Below are positions 29,161 to 39,330 of a stretch of DNA of 64,000 nt, in pieces. The notes under the pieces were generated by a model, which saw only the letters and a program-made list of their open reading frames with translations, ran no database searches and had not been told where the DNA came from. The first letter of the stretch is position 1, and every line of letters starts with the position of its first letter. Made by a program: the position numbers and the translations under genes. The DNA comes from a virus, in the IMG/VR virus record IMGVR_UViG_3300027659_000009, positions 64,001 through 128,000 of that record; one strand, given 5' to 3'.

Positions 29161-29704
29161 AAAAAAACCTGTAGTAATTGACGCAGTCCAATGGACTGGT
29201 GAGAATCCTGAAGAAATGATTGATTTCCTAACATCTGATAAGTTTGTTAATGAAACTATGTCATTTTTAGATGGTAAACCTTTTTATATTGATCATAGTA
29301 GAGTTAATGGTGGGTTAGTCATTAAAACAATGGAAGGTGAACACGTTGCCACTATTGGGGATTACATTATAAAAGGTGTGAAAGGTGAGTATTACCCTTG
29401 TAAAGAAGATGTGTTTATCCAAACATATGAAAAGGTAATTGAGTCAGAAACACCAGAGTATCCTTTTGGTGATATATCATCAATACCGTGTGGTACGAAA
29501 CCTATTGAGGATCATTTGAGTATGTTACCTAACGAAGTGTCATATGGGACTATTTGTTCGTGTAACCCATTAAATGGTGGTAGTGGTATATGTGGGTGTG
29601 TTATGGATGACAGAATGGTTCCTGACCCTAAAAAAACTGGTACAGGTAATAATAACAATTACGTTACCACATATTCTTGGGATACCTCAAAACCATATAA
29701 ATGA
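29150..29704 (+). CDS. Conserved phage protein (KKPVVI.AVQW family) with Cys-rich tail
   Basis: GDYIIKGVKGEYYPCK; CSCNP.NGGSGICGC. Confidence 0.8.
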   Translation: MKYKKKPVVIDAVQWTGENPEEMIDFLTSDKFVNETMSFLDGKPFYIDHSRVNGGLVIKTMEGEHVATIGDYIIKGVKGEYYPCKEDVFIQTYEKVIESETPEYPFGDISSIPCGTKPIEDHLSMLPNEVSYGTICSCNPLNGGSGICGCVMDDRMVPDPKKTGTGNNNNYVTTYSWDTSKPYK

Positions 29705-29783
29705 GAAATACAATAAAGTGGGGTGATTTTGGTTCATCAGAGTTTATTATAAAAAGTTTTAAATATACCAAATTAAATAAATT

Positions 29784-30059
29784 ATGAATTTTTTACTCGG
29801 ATTAGCCCTATTAATTCTATTAATCCCTTTTAATAGATTTGCATTAAAGATGGTACCAAAGATGTCACCACTAGCAAGTCAAGCAATTTTATTCTTTATG
29901 TTATTTGGTAATTTGATTATTGCTTTAGGTTGGGGATATGGATTAAGAGAGGAAGTTACCAGCATGAATTCATTTATAATGGGGATTGGATTAGCGTGTG
30001 TCCTTAATATGGGGTATAAAATAATATATCTATTAGTGTTTAATGAAGATAATAAATAA
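29784..30059 (+). CDS. Three-TM membrane protein
   Basis: Three hydrophobic segments. Confidence 0.65.
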   Translation: MNFLLGLALLILLIPFNRFALKMVPKMSPLASQAILFFMLFGNLIIALGWGYGLREEVTSMNSFIMGIGLACVLNMGYKIIYLLVFNEDNK

Positions 30060-30079
30060 AATAACAAAAAACTAAAAAA

Positions 30080-30370
30080 ATGAAAGAAATCTTAAGTGGA
30101 ACATTACCAAATAAAAAAGATGTTCTTAGACCTACAAAAACACCAAAAGTTAAAATCAAAAAAAAACCTATAATAGAACCATTAGTAGATTCTACTGAAC
30201 CCACACTAGTAGAAACAATGAAGACAATAAGTCGAAACGGTTTTATCAAAGAGAAATCTTCATTCTCTGTTTTACATATAATATCATTTGTACTATTAAT
30301 TCCTGCGGCAATTGTAGCAATTCCTGGGTTTCTCATTCTACTCTTATCGGATTATTTGAAAGAAGATTAA
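30080..30370 (+). CDS. C-terminally anchored membrane protein
   Basis: Basic N-region and hydrophobic C-terminus. Confidence 0.6.
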   Translation: MKEILSGTLPNKKDVLRPTKTPKVKIKKKPIIEPLVDSTEPTLVETMKTISRNGFIKEKSSFSVLHIISFVLLIPAAIVAIPGFLILLLSDYLKED

Positions 30371-30630
30371 ATTTATTTAAACAAAAAAAAATGGTTAAAC
30401 ATAAAGAAATGAAAGTGACAACTCACATTATGAATGAGATTACAAAATATACTAAAAAGTTGATTGAAAAAAAAAGGGACAACCCTAAATTGGTTGTAAA
30501 GGACAAACATATTATTATTAATCCTTATGTAAATTCGAAATATTAGTTTATTAGTATGTTGAAACAAACAATCCGTATGAGAAACATACGGATTTTTATG
30601 TTTAATGGCATATTTATATATAAAATAAAT

Positions 30631-31350
30631 ATGAAACGTAATATAGAACAACAAATTGATAAAATTAAATACCTTTTCGAATATGAAATGGGTGTAACTA
30701 AAAGTGAACAGAAAACATTACTTAGAGAATTTGATATTTACGATGACAAATTTGACACATTGATTGACGAACTTAAATCTGATGGTGGTGATAATATTAT
30801 GGCTGAAATTGGAATATCAAATGATAGTTTGAGTAGTACTGAGAATTTAACAAAAGAATTATCTGGTAAAAATATGTTGGAAGTTTGTGATATTAATGGA
30901 TATATTGAAAATAAAATTGGATCATCAATTAAAAACAAATTTTCCGGAAAGGTTGGTGAGGTTATTAACTTAATTAAAGAGTATATAGATAAATTTATGG
31001 TGTTTTTGAGTACATTAACTATTGAGGAACTAAAACAATTATTTAAAAATATAAAATCTAAAAAATCTGAGGCAGATGAACTAATGTTGTCAAATGGTAC
31101 CTCATCTGAAGTAGTTAGTGAAGGAATGATTAATGAATTTTTTGGTACTAGCATGACAGTTATCACTCTTTTTGGAGGATTTGCTATGCCGGCATTGGTA
31201 TTATCAATATTTACTATTGGTTTAGTAACATTAATTGGTTTATACTTACTTAAAATGATATTTTGTAAATTTAATATAGTTCTTCCATATCGCGGTAGAG
31301 CCTCATGTGGAAAAATGAGTTGGGGTAAAATGATAATTTCGTGTAATTGA
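30631..31350 (+). CDS. Class B leader protein with C-terminal hydrophobic hairpin after INE
   Basis: Start re-set to MKRNIEQQIDKIKYLFEYE, after TATTTAT at 30611. Confidence 0.7.
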   Translation: MKRNIEQQIDKIKYLFEYEMGVTKSEQKTLLREFDIYDDKFDTLIDELKSDGGDNIMAEIGISNDSLSSTENLTKELSGKNMLEVCDINGYIENKIGSSIKNKFSGKVGEVINLIKEYIDKFMVFLSTLTIEELKQLFKNIKSKKSEADELMLSNGTSSEVVSEGMINEFFGTSMTVITLFGGFAMPALVLSIFTIGLVTLIGLYLLKMIFCKFNIVLPYRGRASCGKMSWGKMIISCN

Positions 31351-31507
31351 AAATAATAATTATTGAGGAATTAATATATGAATCCCCACCTCATTCGTGA
31401 GTTGGATATATGGTTACTTAAATATTTATTATGTGCATTTAATATAAACATCGCCAGAACAAAGGGAGTTGGAGTTAGAAGTTTATTTTAGGGACAATGT
31501 AAATAAT

Positions 31508-31891
31508 ATGAATAGAATACTAATAAAAAATATAGTTAAAAAAATACTTAAAGAAGATGTAGAGAATAATCTTTATAAAAAGATTGCTACCATAGTAAAA
31601 CCACCATACGTCACAGATATGTATAAAATGGGTTTAACTAATAGTGAGATTAAAAAAGTACTCGAAGTTATATTTGGTATGGAGTTAAAAATCTTTGGAA
31701 TTGACAATGGTGGCGATGTGTTTGTTCACCATAACAAACCCGGTGGACCATGGATTTATTACGAAATGTTTGATGGTAGCGGTTGGGAAATTGTGGAAAG
31801 AAACAAACAAGGTATGATAATTAGAAAATACGGTTTCGATGGTGATGATTATTATGATCAAAAATTAAAACCAACCAAATATTCCACATAG
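31508..31891 (+). CDS. Class C leader plus PPY module
   Basis: IKNIVKKILKED, IVKPPY..D..MGL, IYYE..DG. Confidence 0.7.
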   Translation: MNRILIKNIVKKILKEDVENNLYKKIATIVKPPYVTDMYKMGLTNSEIKKVLEVIFGMELKIFGIDNGGDVFVHHNKPGGPWIYYEMFDGSGWEIVERNKQGMIIRKYGFDGDDYYDQKLKPTKYST

Positions 31892-31910
31892 ATTAAAGTA
31901 ATGTAAGATT

Positions 31911-33323
31911 ATGAATGGGAAAAAAATAATTAAATTAACTGAATCTGATTTACTTAGAATAGTAAAGAGGGTTATTAATGAAAGTCAATTACTTGTTGAA
32001 GAGGTTAGTGCAACGACTAACAGATGTTGGTATTATAAACAAATCGCAGCCCAAAACTATTACAATGATAAAAGGGTGCCTAACCCGTTTGAAGGTGCGG
32101 GAGGAGTACAAGACTTTTTAATTGTATTAGGTTGGGATATTACTAAAGATTGGGATTTTGGTAATGAAACCGCAAAAGCGTTGGCGTTTTGGAAATATGG
32201 TAAAAATTCTGGTATAGATACAGTTAATAAGTTATGGATACAGTTAAAAAAAGATGGTTATAATGTGGGTGAAACTACTGGATATGGATCAAAAATGAAA
32301 GAAGCGGTCGCCACTATGATTTTAAAAACTTGTGAGGAAATATCTAAGACATGTAAAGTTGATTCACAGACACGTTTTGATATGGATTATAAATCGTCGC
32401 CCAAAGAAGATGTGGGGGTAAAACAAGTATTAATACCTAATGCATTGAATGGTAGTTTTAAATATGCGATAAGTTATTGGAGGAAATATCTAAAAAACCC
32501 TAAAGTTCAACAAAAAATATGGGATAATATGTCATTTTTTGACTTTCTATCAAATTTTACTCTAAGTAATTTAATGGATAAATATTTTAACGCATTAAAT
32601 AACATTGAGAAAAAGGGTTGGGTAGTTAAAAACTCTGAGGGGATTACAATGTATATTAACGGAGATTGTCCAAAATATACTGTATGTGTTAATATAAACT
32701 ATTATTTTAGTGTGTTTAAAGATTACAATATTAAAAAAGTTGAGGCTAAATCTGAAGATACATTTGTACATGAAATACAACATATATTGTGGGACCAAGT
32801 TCAAAAACTTAATTCAACAATAAGTATAGAACAAGCATTTCCTTCATCATATGATTATTACGGTTCAGAAGGAGAAGGACAAAAAATTAAAAATTTGTCT
32901 TTAAGTGAAAAAATTCCTGAAGAAACAAAAAAAGAATTAAAGAGTAAGGGTATTGACTCTGATAGATTAAAGGAATATTTTAGGCATCCTCAATACACTG
33001 ATGGTTATAACTGTGATTGGAATGAAAAGTTATCAAATTTGGCTGGTTATAGAAGTTATTTAACAGATAAAGGTACCATAAAAATTGGTGCTGATATACC
33101 ACTACAAGTCATCTCCGCAACTATAAATGATATGATAAGTACTACTACAAAAAAAGTACCCCTCGATTTTACACGTATGATAGCATGTTGGGTATTAGGA
33201 GGCATGAAACCAAAGTTAAGTGTGTTTGTAAATGAACTTAATGATTTGGCACAAAAAGAAATAAAACCTGAGGATAAGGATTATAATAATACTTCTCAGA
33301 TTGATAGTTATAACGTTACGTAA
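31911..33323 (+). CDS. Class A leader, PG-binding-like segment and zincin metallopeptidase
   Basis: KKIIKLTESDLLRIVKRVINE; VQDFL..DWDFG.ET..AL; FVHEIQH with downstream Glu. Confidence 0.65.
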   Translation: MNGKKIIKLTESDLLRIVKRVINESQLLVEEVSATTNRCWYYKQIAAQNYYNDKRVPNPFEGAGGVQDFLIVLGWDITKDWDFGNETAKALAFWKYGKNSGIDTVNKLWIQLKKDGYNVGETTGYGSKMKEAVATMILKTCEEISKTCKVDSQTRFDMDYKSSPKEDVGVKQVLIPNALNGSFKYAISYWRKYLKNPKVQQKIWDNMSFFDFLSNFTLSNLMDKYFNALNNIEKKGWVVKNSEGITMYINGDCPKYTVCVNINYYFSVFKDYNIKKVEAKSEDTFVHEIQHILWDQVQKLNSTISIEQAFPSSYDYYGSEGEGQKIKNLSLSEKIPEETKKELKSKGIDSDRLKEYFRHPQYTDGYNCDWNEKLSNLAGYRSYLTDKGTIKIGADIPLQVISATINDMISTTTKKVPLDFTRMIACWVLGGMKPKLSVFVNELNDLAQKEIKPEDKDYNNTSQIDSYNVT

Positions 33324-33334
33324 ACATAAAAAAT

Positions 33335-33556
33335 ATGAAAAAAATAGATATTAAAGTAGTGGCGGAACAAGAAACCGTTTTTGTTGTTGAATCTAGGAAA
33401 AGTGATACTAACAGTAAAGGTAAAATACAGAGGTACGCAATGGAAAAACCTTCTGAGGAATCTGTTGATGAAAACAATACGGAAGCAATTAATACTTTGA
33501 AAGACGAAGAAGTTGTTAAATATGGTAAAAAATACCTTAAAGAAAATAAGTGGTAA
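33335..33556 (+). CDS. Hypothetical protein
   Basis: ORF within the operon. Confidence 0.6.
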   Translation: MKKIDIKVVAEQETVFVVESRKSDTNSKGKIQRYAMEKPSEESVDENNTEAINTLKDEEVVKYGKKYLKENKW

Positions 33557-33557
33557 T

Positions 33558-33962
33558 ATGAATTTACGAGAAAATATAAGACGAGTATTAATGGTTATTA
33601 GTGAATCAAAGGATTGGGGTGACTCTAAAGAAAAATTGGAAAAAACCTTCAAATTCGAAGATTTTAATGACTCAATTGATTTTGTTAATAAAGTTGCTAA
33701 GATTGCAGAACAACAAAACCATCATCCCGACATCACGATAAAATATGATAAGGTTAAAATATCAATAACTGATCATGAAAAGGGTGGTGTTACCGAAAAA
33801 TGTCGTAAACTTGTAAAATCTATTAACAAAATAGAAGAACCCATCAAAGAAGAACATAATAAAATTGAATTAACTGAAAGGTGTTGGAGAGGATATACCC
33901 AAAAAGGAATGAAAACAATGTTTGGAAAGAGATACCCTAACTGTGTAAAGAAAACAAAATAA
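33558..33962 (+). CDS. Leader, pterin-4a-carbinolamine dehydratase (PhhB-like) and CWxGY module
   Basis: MNLRENIRRVL; F.DF..S.DFVNKVA.IAE..NHHPDI..TDH..GGVT; LTE-RCWRGY..PNCVK. Confidence 0.8.
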   Translation: MNLRENIRRVLMVISESKDWGDSKEKLEKTFKFEDFNDSIDFVNKVAKIAEQQNHHPDITIKYDKVKISITDHEKGGVTEKCRKLVKSINKIEEPIKEEHNKIELTERCWRGYTQKGMKTMFGKRYPNCVKKTK

Positions 33963-33963
33963 T

Positions 33964-34485
33964 ATGAATATACAAGAATCAATAAGAAGAATATTAAGGG
34001 AGGAATTAGATACCACACCAACTAAAGAAAAAGGAGAAAAAATGGGTACAGGCGACTGGGCCTTACCTTACAAAAATCCTATGGCACTTATTCAAAAATC
34101 ACCTGATGATTGGGATGGATTAGATGGTCATGACAATGGAAGACTTAAATTTAAAGAAATGAAATATGGTGTAAGGGCTGGTGTGAAAAATTTAAAAAAT
34201 ACATATTTCTTAAAGGGTAAAGGGGATACAACTTTAATTGACTTATTCAAAAAATACGCACCAAGTGGACATGGGGCTAACAACCCATCAAATTATGCAG
34301 ATTTTGTTGCAAATAAGATTGGTGTAAAAGTTACAGACAAATTATCGTGGGACAAATACGGTAAAAAAATATCCAGATCAATTATAAACTTCGAAACGGG
34401 AATACCAATAGGTGGATCAAAAAATAAAGTAACTGGTGTTACGGAAGATGAATTCGAAACGGGATACGCTTTAGTGAATAGTTAG
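33964..34485 (+). CDS. Leader plus lysozyme-like virion protein (NNPGNI / P5-like family)
   Basis: MNIQESIRRILREE; NPMAL, F...YGVRA, YAP...NNP.NY.DFVA, IINFETG. Confidence 0.55.
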   Translation: MNIQESIRRILREELDTTPTKEKGEKMGTGDWALPYKNPMALIQKSPDDWDGLDGHDNGRLKFKEMKYGVRAGVKNLKNTYFLKGKGDTTLIDLFKKYAPSGHGANNPSNYADFVANKIGVKVTDKLSWDKYGKKISRSIINFETGIPIGGSKNKVTGVTEDEFETGYALVNS

Positions 34486-34538
34486 TATATACTATCCCTA
34501 AAAAACCTAACAACTAAAAAACACATGTATTTATTAAT

Positions 34539-35237
34539 ATGATATCAAGTTTTATAACAGTAATAATACCTTGTAAGGATGAGGAGAATTATATAGGTGA
34601 TACACTATTATCACTAAACAATCAAAAAAACATAGAGGGTACAAAAGTTATTATATTAGACGGTGATTCCACTGATAATACCATTGATGTAATACATAAC
34701 ATTAAAAAAAAAGTTAATTATGAAATCCTTATTGAGAAAGGTGGTAAAGTTTCGTATGCACGTAATAAAGGTGCAACTATGGTTAATACAAAATATGTAT
34801 TATTTTTGGATGCTGATGTAACATTTACTGATAATGATACCATATTGTCAACCCTAAATGAATTAGAAAATGGATACGATTTAATTACGTGTAAGTTAAA
34901 AAGTAGATCGGGGTTCCCACTTAACTTAGGATTTTATTTATTCAACATAATACATTCAAAACTAAAAACTTCTTTTTCTATGGGTGCATACTTTATGACA
35001 TCTATAGAATCATTTAATGGTTATGGTGGATTCGATGAGACGATAAAACAAAGTGAAGATTTTATCTTAAGTAAAAAATACCCAATAGATAAATTTAAAA
35101 TCATAAACAGATATGTCACACAAGATGACAGAAGGTTTAAAAAGATGGGATATTGGTTCTACGTTAAATTTTTAATTAAGAATTATAAAAAAAGAAATGA
35201 TGAAAATCATTTTAGAAAAGAAATAAATTATTTTTAA
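34539..35237 (+). CDS. Glycosyltransferase family 2
   Basis: VIIPCKDEE, DGDSTDNT, ARNKGA, FLDAD, GGFDE, SED. Confidence 0.9.
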   Translation: MISSFITVIIPCKDEENYIGDTLLSLNNQKNIEGTKVIILDGDSTDNTIDVIHNIKKKVNYEILIEKGGKVSYARNKGATMVNTKYVLFLDADVTFTDNDTILSTLNELENGYDLITCKLKSRSGFPLNLGFYLFNIIHSKLKTSFSMGAYFMTSIESFNGYGGFDETIKQSEDFILSKKYPIDKFKIINRYVTQDDRRFKKMGYWFYVKFLIKNYKKRNDENHFRKEINYF

Positions 35238-35936
35238 ATGAAAGTAGATGCATTATTTATATCGGATGTACATTTAGGTAGTAAGGGATCTAATGCCGAA
35301 TTACTATTGGAGATGTTAAAAGAATATGAACCTAAAGAATTGATTATAGTGGGAGATTTCATTGATGGTTGGTTATTAAAGAAGAGACATTATTGGACAC
35401 AGGACTTCTCCAACGTTATCCGTAAGATTTTGTCATATACAAAGAAGGGAACTAAGGTAACTTATATCACTGGCAATCATGACGATTTTTTAAGAAGTTA
35501 CATCCCTATATACTTTGGTGATAATATAAATGTGGTAAATGAGATGGTATGGGAAGATTACTTTATAACACATGGAGACTTATATGATGGCATAGTACAA
35601 ATGAAATGGTTGGGTAAATTGGGATCATTTGGTTATGAACTGGCGATTAGTTTAGATATGTTAATGAAGAAGTTTGGTTATAAGAAATCATTAAGTAAAT
35701 TTTTAAAAAAGAAAGTAAAGGATGCGGTTAAGTTCATAACTAACTTTGAAGAACAATTGGTGTACCAATCTAAGAAAAGAAACTGTAAGGGAGTTATTTG
35801 TGGTCATATACATACACCAGAAAATAAATTCGTAGATGGTATACATTATCTAAACTGTGGTGATTGGATTGAGAACAATAGTTATATTATCTACGATGAT
35901 GGTAGATGGGAATTAAAAGAAATGATTAAATCATAA
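35238..35936 (+). CDS. LpxH2/PlcP-like metallophosphoesterase
   Basis: ISDVHLG, VGDFIDGW, GNHD, HGD, ICGHIH, YLNCGDWIE. Confidence 0.85.
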   Translation: MKVDALFISDVHLGSKGSNAELLLEMLKEYEPKELIIVGDFIDGWLLKKRHYWTQDFSNVIRKILSYTKKGTKVTYITGNHDDFLRSYIPIYFGDNINVVNEMVWEDYFITHGDLYDGIVQMKWLGKLGSFGYELAISLDMLMKKFGYKKSLSKFLKKKVKDAVKFITNFEEQLVYQSKKRNCKGVICGHIHTPENKFVDGIHYLNCGDWIENNSYIIYDDGRWELKEMIKS

Positions 35937-36137
35937 CAATTTCATAATATATAAAGGTTACACAATATAGTTTATCTTAGTATATATACCATATGATTAT
36001 ATTAACTATAGTGAGTATAACGTTTCTGATAGTAACGGTACATAAAGACAGAAAAGACTATTTCGAATATTACGGAAGAAGATAAATTCTTACCTCATTA
36101 ATGGGGATTTTTATTATATATGGTATATTTATATCAT

Positions 36138-37193
36138 ATGAAAACTTTAAACGAAGAAGTTAATAGAATAAGAGAAATGATGGGACTTCTTACTGAAGAA
36201 AGCGATGAAGGTTGTAAAGTTAAAAACGTAAATCAAAATGAGTTAGATGAATATTGGGGGGAACTTAAAAAGTTAAGCGGGGTTAATTTACAAACCGATA
36301 GACCTGAATTATATGAATTAGAAAAAGAAAAATTAAAAGAAGTTGAATCTTTTGTTAATCCAATACTTAATACTGCAAAAAATTATTATTTGGATTATAT
36401 CCAAAAAGATTGGTTTAACAAAAAAGTTGAAGAAAAAATAAATAATACACCTAATAATAATAAAAAGATTATTAAAAGTTGGGGTGAAACCGAAAAAACG
36501 GACTTAAAAAATTTTATAAATTCCGTTAAATTATCATTTATTTCAGAACAATGTAATAATACTTTAGGTAGAGTTTATCCAGATAAGTATGACACCATTT
36601 ATTTTTTTACTAAATGTACATACCCAAACGAAAAGAATAAAAAAGAAATTGAGATGATTTTAATTCACGAATTTGATCATTGTGTTTCCTTTTTTTTTAA
36701 GACAAGTAAAGGAATAGATTTCATACCTAAGGATGCAAAAGGACCTGATTATCCAAACATATTTAAACCAAATTATGGTAATGATTCAATTGAAAACTCC
36801 GCTAGAATTAAAAATTTAAAAAGAGAATTAGGTGTAGATTTTTTTGAATCAACAGATAATTTAAAAAACTTATTAGTTAAAAAGAATATAAATTTTATGG
36901 ACAAAGAAGGTAATTTATGTAAAATTATTTATGAAAATAATAAAATGGTTATATACAAAACTGAAAATATGTCTGAAAAAATTAATGATTTAGGTTATTT
37001 TGGTTTTTTAGTAAATAATAGTAAATTTTATGACATTGCAGTTTTATTTAGAACGTTTTCAGAACCAATATACAAACAAAATTCGGAAGATAAAAAGACA
37101 ATAATTGGTTGGGATATAGATTTAAATAAATTATTTAATTATCAACAAAAATTCGCCCAAAATAAAATAAATAATAGTCAACAGACGGCATGA
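36138..37193 (+). CDS. Class B leader plus zincin metallopeptidase
   Basis: MKTLNEEVNRIREMMGLLTE; LIHEFDH and ENSAR; TATTTAT at 36126. Confidence 0.7.
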   Translation: MKTLNEEVNRIREMMGLLTEESDEGCKVKNVNQNELDEYWGELKKLSGVNLQTDRPELYELEKEKLKEVESFVNPILNTAKNYYLDYIQKDWFNKKVEEKINNTPNNNKKIIKSWGETEKTDLKNFINSVKLSFISEQCNNTLGRVYPDKYDTIYFFTKCTYPNEKNKKEIEMILIHEFDHCVSFFFKTSKGIDFIPKDAKGPDYPNIFKPNYGNDSIENSARIKNLKRELGVDFFESTDNLKNLLVKKNINFMDKEGNLCKIIYENNKMVIYKTENMSEKINDLGYFGFLVNNSKFYDIAVLFRTFSEPIYKQNSEDKKTIIGWDIDLNKLFNYQQKFAQNKINNSQQTA

Positions 37194-37630
37194 ACCTACA
37201 AGAGGAAATACAAAGGATTAGAGAAATGATGGGGGTTATTAATGAAGGATTACACGACACATCATGGGAAAATGATGAGGGCGATAAAGTTACTTTAATA
37301 GACTTACTAAAAGCAACCAAAGACATACCCGTTAAGAAAATTTCTGTGAACAAGATTAAGTCCAAGTTATTAACGTGGGGTGATGATGAAAAAGAAATTG
37401 CCAAAATAGAAAAGTCTAACTTAAAATATCCGATATTAATATTTGTTGATGACAATAATAAATTCATTTCAATTATAGATGGTCATCATAGAGGGCAAAA
37501 AGCCGTAAAACACAAATTAAAAACAATCAAAGCAAAGTTAATACCAATTAACTCTTTGCCCAAAGATATAAAAAAAGTATTTAATCACATGAATCAAAAT
37601 GAACCTACAAGAAAACATACAAAGGATTAG
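37190..37630 (+). CDS. Class B leader plus ParB/Srx-like domain
   Basis: MNLQEEIQRIREMMGVINE; YPILI, IIDGHHR..KA. Confidence 0.75.
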   Translation: MNLQEEIQRIREMMGVINEGLHDTSWENDEGDKVTLIDLLKATKDIPVKKISVNKIKSKLLTWGDDEKEIAKIEKSNLKYPILIFVDDNNKFISIIDGHHRGQKAVKHKLKTIKAKLIPINSLPKDIKKVFNHMNQNEPTRKHTKD

Positions 37631-38753
37631 AGAAATGATGGGGATTAATGAAGTAACCAATCCCTATAGTGTTGATTGGATTACTCCTACAGAAGAATAT
37701 TTCACACAAGAGTTAGATGAACTATTGGGTAATGAGATGAGGTTCAGTAAAGACGAATTCTTCCACCCACAAAACTATGATACGTTATATTCATTATTTC
37801 CTCACACATTTAAAATGATCGCGGAACATTCCAAAGGGGATAACATAGAATCTGAAGAAGAAATAAAAGAAATATTAGTGGGTAAAGAGATTTCTGAATT
37901 AATGGATGATTGGAATGAATTTAGAAGTACATTAATGAGTGATAAAGAATCACAGATGGAGGCGTTCAATTTATTTAGAATGGGAACTATGGAACATTGG
38001 GATGATGAGAAAATTAATACCACATACTATATGGGTAATTTTAGTAAGAACTTTCCAGATATGTTTAAAGATACCACATCATCAGGTTTAATAAAACAAA
38101 TGGGTGACGATGTAAATTTACAAGGGTATAGTAAAAACATAAAGAACTTTAGAAACGATAGGAATTTAGAATTACCACCACCTTTTGTAATGACTTTACC
38201 GAGTGGAGGAAGAGAAGGTAATATGTATACATTAATAGGTGGAAATAAGAGATCCACAGTTGCCAGACAGTTAAATGTTCCAGTGGATGTATGGTTTATA
38301 GATTTGGGTAAGAATAAAAATATGAATGAATCAGATAATAAAGAAAAACCATCATTCTTATCTGCCATTAAAAAGTTTGGTTTATATTATTTTATGGAAA
38401 CAACACAAATTCCATTTACTGATATAATATTAAAAATAGGTGAACCGACAAGAGATATAGTAGAACGATACATTATAGATTTCATAATGGATGAAGGTTC
38501 AATAGATTATCCTGGTGATGGAGAGGGATTTTATGTTGATATTGATTTATATTTGACAGGTTTAAAAGTTATAGATAAAGTAATCAGTGATGGTAATTTA
38601 CTAGAGATTGAGGTAACAGAATATGAGAGAGGGCGGTACGGTTATAATGAAGAAGTTGCCAATTATATAAATGAATCAAAGGAATTTGATGACAGTGTTA
38701 TATACGAAATATTTAATACCGTTAGAAAAAGAAAAGAATTTCGAAGACAATAA
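37599..38753 (+). CDS. Class B leader, divergent ParB-like domain and an extra module
   Basis: MNLQENIQRIREMMGINE; LPPPFV..LIGGNKR; MNES linker. Confidence 0.65.
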   Translation: MNLQENIQRIREMMGINEVTNPYSVDWITPTEEYFTQELDELLGNEMRFSKDEFFHPQNYDTLYSLFPHTFKMIAEHSKGDNIESEEEIKEILVGKEISELMDDWNEFRSTLMSDKESQMEAFNLFRMGTMEHWDDEKINTTYYMGNFSKNFPDMFKDTTSSGLIKQMGDDVNLQGYSKNIKNFRNDRNLELPPPFVMTLPSGGREGNMYTLIGGNKRSTVARQLNVPVDVWFIDLGKNKNMNESDNKEKPSFLSAIKKFGLYYFMETTQIPFTDIILKIGEPTRDIVERYIIDFIMDEGSIDYPGDGEGFYVDIDLYLTGLKVIDKVISDGNLLEIEVTEYERGRYGYNEEVANYINESKEFDDSVIYEIFNTVRKRKEFRRQ

Positions 38754-38763
38754 GAATTAATAT

Positions 38764-39204
38764 ATGAACCTACAAGAATCCATAAGAAGAATATTAAGGG
38801 AAGATGAATATACTCCTGCAGGTAAAGAAATAACGCCAAACAAAATTGTTATACACAAATCTAATCCAATGTTTAGGGACAATATATTAATGGATGGGTT
38901 AAGGGTTAAATCAGGAGAATGTTATAAAATATATGTTGGTTATGGTATCAAGTGTAAACCCGCAATCTTTGCTACCAACTCAACAAATAAAAGAGCGTGG
39001 TTTGATTCAACTTATGATGATGATATATGGGAAATAAATACAGAAATGATTCCCGATGTTATGTGGTATAAAGATAGACATTATGATACAAGATCAAAAC
39101 ATATTGTAACATTTCAAGACATACCTTTAAATGCTTTAACTTTAAAATACAAAGGTGAAAGTATTGGTGATAGTACTTTACAAGAATCTATAAGAAGTTA
39201 TTGA
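38764..39204 (+). CDS. Leader plus ART-fold-like (H-type) domain
   Basis: MNLQESIRRILRE; VIHKS..NILMDGL, AIFAT, IP..AL; ends in a leader remnant LQESIR. Confidence 0.5.
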   Translation: MNLQESIRRILREDEYTPAGKEITPNKIVIHKSNPMFRDNILMDGLRVKSGECYKIYVGYGIKCKPAIFATNSTNKRAWFDSTYDDDIWEINTEMIPDVMWYKDRHYDTRSKHIVTFQDIPLNALTLKYKGESIGDSTLQESIRSY

Positions 39205-39245
39205 ACGATATATACATAGGGATTGAACGATATATACATAGGGAT
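39202..39245 (+). repeat. Tandem duplication of a 22-mer
   Basis: TGAACGATATATACATAGGGAT x2. Confidence 0.95.
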
Positions 39246-39284
39246 AACGAAGTAAGTATATAAGAAGAATATTTGAACCTCTAT
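39224..39284 (+). repeat. 61-bp intergenic direct repeat, copy 1
   Basis: Identical to 40912-40972; partial copy near 42811. Confidence 0.95.
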
Positions 39285-39330
39285 GTTGATATAGGGGTTT
39301 TTATGTTTTTGTCGATATTTATTTAATAGT

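Noticed and set aside
39202-39284. Possible CRISPR mini-array
   Set aside because: The 22-mers are adjacent with no spacer, only three copies exist and no cas genes are present.
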